Below, one piece after another: positions 36,472 through 49,621 of a stretch of 64,000 bases of DNA. The notes beneath the pieces were generated by a model. The model was given only the letters and a program-made list of their open reading frames with translations, searched no databases and was not told the origin of the DNA. This DNA comes from Octopus bimaculoides (lineage: Eukaryota). The DNA lies in the NCBI RefSeq assembly GCF_001194135.2, contig NC_068982.1, forward strand, positions 86,911,994-86,975,993, given 5' to 3'. The first letter of the stretch is position 1, and each line of letters begins with the position of its first letter. Made by a program: the position numbers and the translations under genes.

Positions 36472-38100
36472 CACTGGGAAACACAATTTTCGTTCTGACC
36501 CTTGTTTTTGACTAATTTTTGGACTCTAATCCCAGTTCTTCTGCACCATTCCAACCTTTTCAGTTACAGGGTACTCCCGCTTTGTCGGAAAAATGATAAT
36601 GATATCGTATCTAACAAATTTGTGTTTATTTTATAGAATGTTTTAAAAATTTACACACAATGGAAAATAGTGAAACAATGTTTAACTGTAAAATTTGTAC
36701 AAATTAATTTTATTCACACAAAGGATATTGTTTCTGTGAGTTGAATTGCGTGCAACTTGTTAAGGTAAACATTTACAGTTAAAGCTTTTCCGGGAGTGTT
36801 CAATCTATGGGCATCAATAGTCAGCCATTATATTTATATTTCGTCTACCCTGATACTGTTCCTCCATGACCTTCATATGTAGAGTTGGGAATATGATTTT
36901 CTTTATGTCAACAAGTGGCTTATGTAGAATGTTGGGGCAACCAACTTTGAAATCAGGTCTTAGGGGCTAATTTCTTTCCACCAATGCTTCTCTTCAGTTT
37001 TGCTGTCCCACATGCACAGAAAGCAGGGATACTTGATATATGTGTTGCTGACCAAGAAGGATGTATACCATTTTAAGGTCAACAAAGGTGATTCAATTGA
37101 CTTCGTGATATTGTAACAAATCTAAAACTCTTTATATCAATATATTCTTCACGATGACAAACTGAATGTCCAATTTCGACTACACTATATAAATTGCCAT
37201 TGTGGAGGAGGTTATACTTTAAGCTCCTCTTGAGCTATCGATGAACAGTCGCTATTCAGTTGAGTTGTTGATCGGAATTCCCAATGGTCCATTGAATTCT
37301 GTGTGTTGTGGCAGAACTTTTTCTGGATCGAAATTAGGATGCCTTCGCTCCTTTTTCAACCAAGGTTTTCTCATTTAGTTTTGATGCTAGGAGTTCTAAA
37401 GCCTATTTTTGATCATCTCAGATCTCGTGCCCTATCATTCAACTCGTGCTGATCGAATACCTTACGAGATGAGTCATCATCAATTTCAAAATCTGTATCG
37501 TTGCTGTCATTGGGTTCTTCCTCATGATCCGCATCTTCAAAAGAAAGGAGCTGAACAAAAACTAGCACTGGGATTTCAGCTGAAAGAGGCACTGGACGTA
37601 TAGCTGATGGTAGACTAGGACACTTGATTTTACATTTGTTTTTCTTGTTATATCCTGAAGTATCAGTCTGTGCAATATTTTGGTTCTCGCCAAATCATAA
37701 GTATACCAAATGCCAACTCATCACGTGCTTCTTTGGTCCACATCCGTAAACTCTACACACACTGCTTACACACCTTGTGAGGGGACCAAGACTTGTCTTG
37801 GTCAACAACTTTTACTTTAAATTATGCAAAATAGCTTGGTTTCACAAATACTCTGATGTTTCACGTTTAACTGGGAATGGTGAAACTGTCACAGATATAG
37901 GAAAATGAATCAGGGCTGTTTAGGTACTTACAGCAAGAAGTAGCAGTAGCAGAAGGAGACATGATCTGAAAGAAAGGAAATAAGCATGGAATAAAAAAAT
38001 AAGTTGTGTAGTCACAAGCTTATAAAAAGAAAACAAAATGCTTACATATTATAATATCTGCTAACCCCTTGCAGACAGACTTTCATGTATTATTTGCAGA
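36472..38100 (-). mobile_element. Second Chapaev3-like relic, different subfamily, internally deleted
   Basis: LNSPDSFSYICD, DQDKSWSPHKVCKQC, IWREPK, YPCFLCMWDSK, FPTLHMK joined directly to VMEEQYQG...MADY; CACTGGG end at 36472. The other end was not identified. Confidence 0.7.
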
Positions 38101-39253
38101 ATATGATAGTAGTCACCTATATAGAGTGGCCATGAGGGCCTGTAACCACTATCCCAGAAAAATATGTGTATTCTACATAAATATGTATGGACATGTATTC
38201 AAAAATGAATATACATACATATACACTCATACAAATACATCATAGATACCTATATATTCACACAAATACTCCATAAGAAAGAACAGGGTAGAAATTTAGG
38301 CCTCAAACCTTAGGACAGAATCCCTCCACACTTCAAACCAGAAGTTCACTCACTTCAAAGCCTTGCCATCTCTCTTCAACTGCACAAATCTGTTCTTCGG
38401 TCTTTTAACTTCGAATCCTCTGCGCTACAGTACTTCTCACTACCATAACTTAATTACATTCGCGTAATTTCAAGCATCTTAGCACCAAGTCAGCCTCCAG
38501 TCTCCATCTTGAAACAATAACTTGACTCTTAAGAATTGAAAACCAGCTGCGATATCTGGTTGGTCAATAACCATGACTTTCTTTGGCAGGAGATTTTAAA
38601 CTAACTATAAGATGCCATGCTTTTCAAAACTCAACCTAAAGTCAGCAAATCTGAAAAAATCGCTCTCCTTATCAAAAAAATAATAAAAGCAATCAACTGA
38701 CTAATCCTATAACTTGCGGACAAACAGTACAATTGTGAAAAATGAAGCTTGACGTGATAGAAGAAAACTGACTGTAGCTTTGAAATCAGCATGCCAATTT
38801 TAATAAAGTGAAAAACTGAACTCACCAGAAATTATGTTTAAAATTGTAATTGCTTGTTATATAAGAACAAGGCCTTGATCATCTAAAATACTTGACCGGT
38901 GTTTTAGTTTATCGACCCAAGGAAAAAATGATCTCCGAGAGATTTGAGCTCAGTGTTNNNNNNNNNNNNNNNNNNNNNNNNNNNNNNNNNNNNNNNNNNN
39001 NNNNNNNNNNNNNNNNNNNNNNNNNNNNNNNNNNNNNNNNNNNNNNNNNNNNNNNNNNNNNNNNNNNNNNNNNNNNNNNNNNNNNNNNNNNNNNNNNNNN
39101 NNNNNNNNNNNNNNNNNNNNNNNNNNNNNNNNNNNNNNNNNNNNNNNNNNNNNNNNNNNNNNNNNNNNNNNNNNNNNNNNNNNNNNNNNNNNNNNNNNNN
39201 NNNNNNNNNNNNNNNNNNNNNNNNNNNNNNNNNNNNNNNNNNNNNNNNNNNNN

Positions 39254-39305
<52 letters not shown>

Positions 39306-40643
39306 CAAAAATATCCCCGAAAGACTAATGTGTCGACCTTACGGAATTTTTCTATAATTCTTATAATTGATTTTGCTATCGGTGTACCGTCCTTCGTTTA
39401 CGTGGTGGGAACTCAGTTTGTTCGAGGTAGTCTTTGAGGTATCTACAACAATGTTATAAATTAAATTATTACAGTTTTACTTAAAGATTTATCTATTCTT
39501 GATCTTGGAACTCTGAGTTTTTAGTCAAAAATAAGCATGAACCATAATTTGGTCTTATAATTTGTCACAATGAATTTGAAAATTTGTTTATGAACTTTTA
39601 CCCAGTGTTTTTGTAATTACAATGACTTTGATTTTCAGAAACTTCTTAATATTCCAGACTTTATGTAAAATAAGTAACATGGTGAAATATGTTTATTATG
39701 AATTTAGGTGGCGAGTTGGCAGAAGAGTTAGCACGCCAGACAAAGTGCTTAGAAGCATTGCGTCCGCCTTTTAATATATATAAAATCAACCAAGCGGTTT
39801 AAGCGCATGTATATACAGGCATATATGCAGAGTATATGCAGGCACGCGTTCGTATATTATGTCCTACACACTCACACATGCAGACATAGGCGTCTTTTCT
39901 CTCTGTCTTTTACGTTTTTCTTTCTTTCCCCTTCTCTATATATATTTACCACACTCTCTCACTCTTTCTTTGTATATGAATATCTGTCACGCTGCGTATA
40001 CATGTTTGCATGTCGTTATACAGTTTTATTTCAAGATTTCTTGCCAATAGAGAAAGAACCGGTTTCTAACCTAGATCCAAGTCTTCATTAGAATTTCAAC
40101 ATCAACAACAGGGTATTTTTGTTTGTATGCATGTATGTATGTATATATGTATGTAGGTATATGTGCAGATTTGTATGTTTTGTTTTATGTATGTATTCTC
40201 ATTGCATATTTAGACATGCTCATATATATTTAAATGATAAACTTCTGGAAAGTTTAACAGAGCCTTACAGTTCAAGTGATAGATTGGATCTATAGACTTC
40301 GAATTAGCTTTCTTCTTTCTGGTTTTGAAAAGCATAATTTCTCAAGATGGGTATTTAGGAAGTGTGTTACATACCCTAGGATCCCAATAATTACAGGTAT
40401 AAGCCTGAACTTATAATCTGAATAGAGTAACTGCAAATCTCTCAATAGTTCTTCAGCTTTATGTTAACATCTGCTGGGTAGCTAATTTCTACAACTGTAC
40501 ACAGTTTCTCTTCTCTATCCCAAATCATTATATCAGGTCTGTTGTGCTTACATTTTATTGAGGTTTTCACTGGAACATTCCACCAGTACTCCTTTTTATT
40601 GAGTGGCTATAGCTTCTACCACATGTATGTATGTATGTATGTA

Positions 40644-42473
40644 CAGCGCTGGAGTGAACACTTCAGTCAGCTGCTAAACAGACCTTCTCAGATTGTCGCT
40701 TGATGACCCCGCCCCCAACACTTGTAGAAATCCAGAAGGCCATCAAGCAACTACATGTGGGGAAAGCACCTAGTCCTGACGGAATACCTCCAGAGATCTT
40801 CAAAGAGGGATGTGAAGCTGTTACCATCAAGTTGACTGAGCTGATACAGCAGTTCTGGGACGAAAGGTCAGTGCCACAGGACTTCAAGGATGTTAACATC
40901 GTGCATCTGTACAAGAACAAGAGGGACAGAGCTTCATGTGACAACCACAGAGGCATCTCATTGCTGAGCATCGCAGGAGAGATCATGGCTCGTGTTTTTC
41001 TGAACCGCATCACGTACCACCTGCTGGACGACGTGGTCTCATAGAGCCAGTGTGGATTTACGAATAGCAGGGGGACAATAGACATGGTCTTTGCAGTACG
41101 GCAGATACAAGAGAAATGCCGAGAACAAGACCAGAACCTCTACACCCTCTTCGTGGACCTGACGAAGGCTTTTGACACTGTCAGCCGAGAGGGCCTGAGG
41201 GATATCTTGTCCAAGCTAGGCTGCCCACCAAAGCTCGTCAGGATCATCCAGTCATTTCATGATGGCATGATGGCTTCGCATCGTGGAAAACGGAGATGTC
41301 TCTAATCAATTCCTGGTCTCCAATGACGTGAAGCAAGGCTGCGTGATGGCACCCATATTCTTCAGCCTCATGTTTGCCACCATGCTCTTCCGCACCCTGT
41401 CAAAGTCTGATGCTGTTGTCACTATTCGCTACAGATGTGACGGCCGATTCTTTGACCACAGACGTCTGAAGGCAAAAACCAAAGTCCTGGACGCCCTAGT
41501 GAGAGACTTCCTGCTTGCAGACGATTGCGCGCTTGCAGCATTGAATGAACCAGACCTGCAAGAACTTGCCACTTGTCTCGCAAAAGCAGCAGAAGCCTTC
41601 GGACTAACCATTAACCTGCGAAAAACTGAAGTGATGCTTCAGCCTGCACCTGTCCTGACACCTCCTGAGCCTCAGATTGAGATTGAGGGCACAACTCTGA
41701 ACAACGTGGAGAGCTTTACATACCTGGGAAGCTGCCTGTCCTCAAACTGCAGCATGGACAAAAATGTCTCCATGAGGCTTGCAAAAGCAGGAGCTTCATT
41801 TGGCAGACTTTGGACATGTGTGTGGGACGAACGAGGCATCAGACTTTCCACCAAGCTGGCAGTCTATAGGGCAGTCATCATCACTTCTCTGCTGTACGGC
41901 TGTGGGACGTGGACGCTGTATAGGAGGCAAAGGCGAGTACTTGACCAGTTCCACCTCCGCTGCTTGCGACGAATCATGAGAATTTCTTGGGAGGACAGAG
42001 TTTCCAACACTGAGGTGTTCGCAGACCCGAAATGCTCGGGATTGAAGCCCTCATCATGAAGGCCCAGCTCCGGTGGGTCGGACATGTAGTCCGAATGGAC
42101 GACACGCATCTACCAAAGATGATCTTCTCTGAGCTGGCTTCTGGAGCAAGAAACCATGGAAGGTCACTGAGATGATACAAGGACAGCCTGAAAACTTCCC
42201 TTGAGGCCTGCAACATTTCAGCCCGTGGCTGGGTATCGCTTGCCTCTGACCGCGGCGCCTGGCGTCCAGCTGTCCAAAAGGCTGTTCGAGGAAAAGCGCC
42301 TCAAGAGTCTGGACCAGAAGCAACAAGCCCGAAAAGAGAGGATCTCCAACTCTACTTCTGCTGTTACGTGCCCAACATGTGGCCGCGTCTGCGCGTCCGC
42401 CTTTGGGCTCCGCTCCCACCCCAGGTGTCACTGACGTCATTATCGAACCCCGACAGACTTCCATTATTATTAT
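40644..42473 (+). mobile_element. RTE-BovB-like LINE, 5'-truncated, complete 3' end
   Basis: QRWSEHFSQLLNRP, GKAPSPDGIP, LFVDLTKAFD, LLADDCAL, FTYLGS, C-terminal CPTCGRVCASAFGLRSH, (ATT)n tail; (ATGT)n on both sides. Confidence 0.92.
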
Positions 42474-42799
42474 GTATGTAAGTAGGTATGTATGTATGTA
42501 TCTATCTAAACATGAATGTGTATGTCTGTACTTTTATTACATCAATTTCTAGTTATCTTTTCTATATTATTGTCCCCTCCACTACCTATATGACTCCTAA
42601 TTTCTGACTATAAATAATGACTTCATCCAAATGCGAAATCTTATATTACTTGCTTCTCTGTCTGAAGAATTTCTAATAGAAGACATCTTTCATTTTCTCC
42701 AGCATGTACAATTTTGTAACTGAAACATGTGTAATGGTGTATAATAAATAATACCAAAATTTTTCCACTCTCTTGTTTTTACATACACGCATGCGCGCA

Positions 42800-43375
42800 T
42801 ACATAACTCGAAACAGTTTCAAATTAGGATCCTCTGACTTCAATGTACTTGTTGTACTCCATCCACTTCAAGAAGGCCCTGCGGAAGTTCTCCAAAGTGA
42901 AGGTGTTCAAATCCTTGTCACAGCCTCCATCATCTTCAAAACGACTGCCGCTGAGGTTCTCTTGCTCCATGTAACCAAAAGTCACAGGGAGCAAGGTCTG
43001 GACTGTAGGGAAGGTGAGGGACACTTTTGCTCATCTTTGTCAAGTAGATGATTACTTGAATACTCGTCACTAAGTACTCTGGGAATAAACTGTACACAAA
43101 TTTTGCGCATGTTCAGATGTACACGAATAATTCTGTGTACAGTTGCCTCACCAAATCTAAACTGTGTGCATATTGTCGTTATAGATATACGACGGTCTTC
43201 AACCAGAAAATTGCGAATTTTCTCAACCAACTGCGATGTTCTGATGTCTCTCTCCTTCCCATCTCTCTCACTTACTTTGTTGGCAAAGCAGCTTATTAGA
43301 TATCTAGTAATTACAATAGTCTAGGACATTTATAACTGCCTCTCCTAAGAGTTTCATAAAGCTTCTGGGATGCAC

Positions 43376-43379
<4 letters not shown>
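42800..43379 (-). mobile_element. mariner relic, internally deleted
   Basis: VEDRRISITTICTQFRFGEATVHRIIRVHLNMRKIC...PRVLS, then SPDLAPCDFWL and RGSYFE-like; CAGGGTG end abuts (CA)n. Confidence 0.75.
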
Positions 43380-43419
<40 letters not shown>

Positions 43420-43435
43420 NNNNNNNNNNATGCAC

Positions 43436-43469
<34 letters not shown>

Positions 43470-45719
43470 TGTGTGCACATGCGTGTCTGTGTGTCTTTTA
43501 AGTACTCGCGCGCGCACATGCTGTGTGTGTGTGTGTGAGAGTGTGTGTGTACGTGTGTGCGTGTGTGTATGTGTGTTTATGTATGTGTGTATGTACTGAA
43601 CTACTGCTGGTGTTTCACGTTACTTCCTAAGGAGAATACCTTGCTAGAAGTGCAATAATTGAGCCTTCTAGAAATAGACTTGTTTATATTAATAAGTTGC
43701 CTCTATGGTCATGATATAAATTTGTGATTTTTACGGACAACAATTTGAAATTATAAATAACCTACACTCTCTGTACCTAATTTAATTAGCGTTTGATTAG
43801 TTCACTATAATATAATCGATATCTGTCACAAACGGCAATTTTCTATTTTTATATCCCGTACAATATCCCAACAAAATAAATCTGCTATTCCACTATCCTA
43901 TAGCCAATGTATAGCCATTAATTCTTCTACAATAAAAATATGGAGCGGATAACATATATGTTGAATAGACCACCAGCTACAAAGATACTAGGCCCCAAGT
44001 ATCTACATGAACAAAACCACCAACTTCAGTAATATAACTAGACCACCATTTGTTTACTCAGATCTCCGTGTTTGGCGATATGGATTCAATTGTTCGATTA
44101 CCTGAATTATCTGCTCCTGAATAAATGTGTAAGTTGCTGAGCGTTCCACATAGTGAGTCAGCTTGACACAGTTTGGGACAAGGCTTTACCTTTTGAGTTT
44201 CCGGTAAAATCCACCCGATGGGTTTTTATAATTTCGCTTTTGATAGAATTTCAGCGTTTGATTAGTAATCAAGTCACGGCCATCTCATCTATATTATGGG
44301 TATGCGGAGCGAAAATTAAGGTTTTCTAAATATCAATCCAATTTTAAAACATTAATAATATTGTTGGGGCAAACTGATCGAAACAATGGGCAGATAAAAC
44401 AGCCACTAGAAAGTTACCTCACTGAGCCACTTTATTTGAGAGCCAATGATGTGTAGCCCCTGGGTTAGTCTGACGGTGCAGTGTTATAGTGTGCAGACAG
44501 TTAAACAAAAAAGAAGGCGCAACCCTTAGCTATGTTTTCTTCCTAGTTCTACCATGTTTTACCTTATCGAGATTCAAGTTATACACTCCGATACATATTG
44601 AATAGTATGGAGAATAATGTGATAATCCGGATATATTGTACTTTCTTCGTTGTTTAATCTATTTTTGTACGCCCACAGATTCTAATGGTAGCCACAGCGC
44701 AGACAGGAAGGGGACTTGGTCAGAGTGCAACAGTTGCTTTTTCTCTGTACTTAGTGATGTGTATTCCAACACAGTATTTGGGGTTATACCTCGGGTTTCT
44801 GTAGGTGTATTCTGTGTTCAACATGTGACGATGTCTAAATGTGTTGTTTTCTATTTTAGTTTAATGTGGTTTGTTATGGAGTGATTAATAGTGCAGGCAG
44901 AACTGTTATTGTCTATATTTATGGTTGTATTATATTGTTATTGTGGGTTTATTCTGCTAGCTAAATGTGTATCTGTGAGTATTATAAATATGTTCGAGTT
45001 ATATTGATGTTATGTTCGAAATTAATGCTACTAATTGACCTAATAACAGTAGTGCCGTCAATTTGTTTGATCATTCTAATTTTAGCGTCGTTGCAATGCT
45101 GCTAAATCAGCTAAATCTATTGATGAATGCAACTATCTCCAGTTTCTAATATCTAAGATAAATAAGACGTATCATTTTAACAACGGTGCAAAGCTTAAAA
45201 ATTATAGGAGACTGGGAATGAGATTGACAGATGTTTATATATTTCCTGTTGTTAGGGATATAACTGAAATAAATAGTTCCAACTCAGAAATGAAATTGTG
45301 TAGCAGATTCAACTTTCCAGAAACATTTCAGGTTGCATCATTTTGTTTACATATCAAATTTTCTGTGGTAGACATCAGCTGTTCAATTATACATATTTTG
45401 CCAGCTGTGATTTAACCATATAGAATCATAAAGATCATAGAATCTCATACAGCCGGGATAATTAAATCAAATATATTTGCATTCCTTTAACAATGCATAA
45501 AGAAATAGATATTCGTTGTCAATGATTAAACTTACGTCAGAAATTTGTAAAATTTTTTGTTTATCATAATTATTTCATTGTCTGTTACTAAATTTAGAGT
45601 GCTAATTCCAAAAATGTTAACCGTTTCAGAAGAATTAAACTATAGTGAATAGCTGCTTCAAATACCTATGTAAAATCAGTTTTCAATTTCACATTATTTT
45701 CTAGAGTTGGAAATCTTAC

Positions 45720-46400
45720 CATTGTATAATATGTTAAGTAGTGAAGACAAAACATCACCAGATATCTTGTTATGCTTACAGTTGTTGCTGTGTTAGAATC
45801 CAGCAGGTATCATAAAGTTGTGAAAGGTGCCGAAATCTGGACAGTGCACTTTGGAATGTTATTGGTGATCAAAGCAAGCCTTAGGCCCCACATGTAATAT
45901 GTGGATGCTGTTAATTTAACTCTTTGCTATTTCCAGAATATGAAGAAACTCGAAGAATAACTACACGAACTCTTATTTTTGTATATTACATGTTACAATG
46001 TAGATTAAGTTTAAGCGAAAGGATGATCTTCATTGTACAACTCAAAGAAAGGAATTCAATCGGAAGAGATTAGTAGAAGATTGCTGGACTACAATGCACC
46101 AGTAAAAGGCATACAGAATTTAAAAGTTGTTAGTGAAGACCCGAATTTCTGAAAAGATGCACATAGATTGCTTACTGTTCTTGGACTGAAGCATGACTAT
46201 GTAGAATGAGGACTTTTTCATAGACAGTTCAATTTCAAACCTCAAAGCAGTTTTACTTCACTAAGTAGATATCAATTTTTACCTTTTGGACAATCAGTAC
46301 AAATGAAACAGCTATGAAGATGTTAAACGGTGACTTGCCAAAATCAAGAATAGAGAATATAAGTTATATGTGAGGAAGGTTTTCAAGGAGGTTGCCTTTA
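45720..46400 (+). mobile_element. Third, older Chapaev3-like fragment
   Basis: IGDQSKP*APHVICGCC followed by SYFC-like and SEDPNF segments. Confidence 0.5.
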
Positions 46401-46573
46401 TGCTCTATCAGGTGGATATACATGTTATACATCTTTTTTTGTTTTGTTTATAGAATAGTAGGCTGTTGGTAATTATTACTAGATACACGCACACACACAT
46501 ATACGCACACGCACACGCACACGCACACGCACACACAGACACAGTATGCATTACTTGCAAGCATTGCGCATTA

Positions 46574-46669
<96 letters not shown>

Positions 46670-46859
46670 TGTGCGCGCGTGTATAGAACTCCTGAAATAT
46701 CTCCTGCACGGCCACTCCGGATGTATATTTTCTGTTTACAAACCTAACTGACCATGACGTCTTCCCCCCTCCTCTTGTAGAGAAGTTATGTGCCTATGGC
46801 CATTTGAGCCTGACGAGTCAATGCGAAACTTATGGTCACCCTCTGACCGACCATAACAA

Positions 46860-47830
46860 TTTCCGATATACCAACCTTAAAGAAGTCAACTTCCTGGACG
46901 TTAACATGAATCTTTACACCGCTTAACACCAGAAAATTTAAACTCTACTACCACAAACCAAACGAGGAAGTCTCGTACATGGACATAGGTTCCAACCACC
47001 CACCAGCAGTAATTAAACAAATGGTTAACAACATTAGCAGGCGCGTCTCCAATTTATCCGCCGACAAAGATACTTTTGAAAAAAGCCGCCCCATATTATA
47101 ATGTTGCATAAGAAATGCTCAACTTTAAGAATAACATATACTACATTGAACCAAATACGTAGATAGAGGAAAATCTTATGGTTTAACCCACCTTATAGCA
47201 TGAATGTAGCCACTAGCATAGCTAGGAAATTCTTAAAACTAATAGACAATCACTTTCCGCATCCACACAAATACCACAAGATCTTCAACAGCAATACTGT
47301 TAAAGTTAGCTATAGTTGCCTCCTAAATATAGGATCAATAATACTCAAATAAAAATAAATATAAACACACAAGAAACACACCCGAAAGACAATGCAACTG
47401 TAGATCCCCAAATCGCTGCCCTCTAAACGACAATTGTCTCGAGAAAGAACTCGTTTATATGGCAAAAATCACGGACCCCAACAGAGTAGCAAAAACGTAT
47501 ATCAGAATGATGGGCAACTCGTTCAAGGAAAGGTATACGAAATATCTGGCGTCATTCAGAGACAAAAGTATAAAAAAACATGCAAAATCCTGTCAAATAT
47601 TATATGGACATTGAAAGAAGGAGGATAAGCAAACCCCAGATAGAATGGAAAATTATTGCTAAAGCCAAAAAGTACAGAAGATGGGATATCAAATGGGAAC
47701 TCTGTAGTACTGAAAAATTAGACATTATACAATCAACAGATAACATCCTAAACATTAGAGATGAAGCCTTCTATCCCTGCATACACAAGCAATATTTTAC
47801 ACTCAGATACTTCAAAGATGAGCCACCATC
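46860..47830 (+). mobile_element. Penelope-like element, RT C-terminus plus GIY-YIG (possibly Naiad type)
   Basis: [77 protein letters not shown]. Confidence 0.8.
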
Positions 47831-48326
47831 TGCGACGGTAATTCCACTGGGATAGCCCCTTTCACGAATGTGTAATATGAACACACATAGCACACAAACT
47901 CCACACACAGAAGAAATATGTCCTAATGACGAACTACCTCAGCACACAAGTATAAGAATACCACACCCAGAACAAAAACGAAATAATCAAATTGAGCACA
48001 CAATAATTTGCTCAAAAGACAAATCCAAGGGAAACAAACATTCAAAATATGCCACCTAATAGTACCATCCCTTGATTCATTGTTTTATTCACATGAATTC
48101 AAGAGAATCTCCGCGAACTAAACGCGGCTGTGTTTTCCAAAATGGAAGCGAACACCTTTCTCCATGTGATCGGCCCGAAAAATTGTTAAGACAGTGGGAT
48201 ATTTTCCTACTTTTCTTAACATTAGACCAATGGTATTCTTAATTCACAAATACCGAAATTATATCCACTAATGCGGTGTTGAGCACTCATTTTCATCGTT
48301 CGATATTTACGTATATATAAATATAT

Positions 48327-48740
48327 ATCGGAGACCCCTTCGGTCACGAATGACAATGGGATTGCACCTAGAAAGTTACACTCCGGGGAACATGTCTGGG
48401 CAAGGTTGTTTATGGAAGACCAGCTGTCGGCCATGCATACCAGCCTCCTCTCTCCACGCCACCGATGTCATCGAAGGGAAAGGCAAAGGCCGATACAGCT
48501 TAGCACCAGTGTCGTCGCAACTCATTTCTACAGCTAAGTGAACTGGAACAACGTGAAATAAAGTATTTTGCTCAAGAACACAACACGCAGCCCGGTCCGG
48601 GATTCGAACTCCCAACCTCACAGCTTAGTGAACTGGAGCAACGTGAAATAAAGTGTCCTGCTCAAGAACACAACACACAGCTCGATCTGGGAATCGAACT
48701 CACTACCGCATGATTGTAAGCTCGATGCTCTAACCACTGA
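48327..48740 (-). mobile_element. Second SINE family: one full copy plus a duplicated head
   Basis: B-box GGGAGTTCGAATCCC; central TTTATTTCACGTTG(C/T)TCCAG shared with 49310-49621. Confidence 0.7.
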
Positions 48741-48768
48741 ACCAAACATTTATATATATGTATATGTA

Positions 48769-48812
<44 letters not shown>

Positions 48813-48889
48813 AGCACACACATAAAAATATATATCAATATATGTATATATGCATATTGATGCATATATGATATATGTATGTAACTATA

Positions 48890-49234
48890 CTCTTTTACTC
48901 TTTTACTCTTTTACTTGTTTCAGTCAGTTGACTGCGGCCATGCTGGAGCACCGCCTTTAGTCGAACAAATCGACCCCAGGACTTATTCTTTGTAAGCCTA
49001 GTACTTATTCTATTGGTCTCTTTTGCCGAACCGCTAAGTTATGGAGACGTAAACACACCAGCATCGGTTGTCAAGCGATGTTGGAGGGACAAACACAGAC
49101 ACACAAACACACATATATACATATACATATATACGACGGGCTTCTTTCAGTTTCCGTCTACCAAATCCACTCACAAGGCTTTGGTCGGCCCGAGGCTATA
49201 GTAGAAGACACTTGCCCAAGGTGCCACGCAGTGG
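48890..49234 (-). mobile_element. Dominant tRNA-derived SINE
   Basis: Reverse complement of the 636-1020 family; head runs into an N-gap. Confidence 0.8.
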
Positions 49235-49309
49235 NNNNNNNNNNNNNNNNNNNNNNNNNNNNNNNNNNNNNNNNNNNNNNNNNNNNNNNNNNNNNNNNNN
49301 NNNNNNNNN

Positions 49310-49621
49310 GTGTGAAGGCGCGTGGCTTAGTGGTTAGAGTATTCGGCTCACGATCGTATGGTCGTGAGTTCAATTCCCGGCGACGCGTTGTGTCCTCGAA
49401 TAAGACACTTTATTTCACGTTGCTCCAGTCCACTCAGCTGGCAAAACTGAGTAGTACCTGTATTTCAAAGGGCCAGCCTTGTCGCACTCTGTGTCACGCT
49501 GAATCTCCCTGAGATCTACGTTAAGGGTACACGTGTCAGTGGAGTGCTCAGCCACTTGCACGTTAATTTCACGAACAAGCTGTTCCGTTGATCGTATCAG
49601 CTGAGACCCTCGTTGTCGTAT
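49310..49621 (+). mobile_element. tRNA-derived SINE with good Pol III boxes
   Basis: A box TGGCTTAGTGG, B box GAGTTCAATTCCC, ~250 bp non-tRNA body. Confidence 0.75.

Noticed and set aside
43372-43470. Duplicated ATGCACCCTG(TG)n across a 10-N gap
   Set aside because: Typical contig-overlap artefact at a microsatellite.
46810-46860. CTGACGAG...GCGAAAC hammerhead-like core with a following TTATGGTC/GACCATAA hairpin
   Set aside because: No NUH triplet or stem I could be closed in any topology.
47400-47830. Selenocysteine (UGA/SECIS) recoding as reported for some Naiad Penelope elements
   Set aside because: The visible Cys codons are TGC/TGT, the copy is frameshifted, and I could not identify a SECIS by eye.
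49316-49385. tRNA gene
   Set aside because: It has A/B boxes but no closing acceptor stem and continues into a SINE body.
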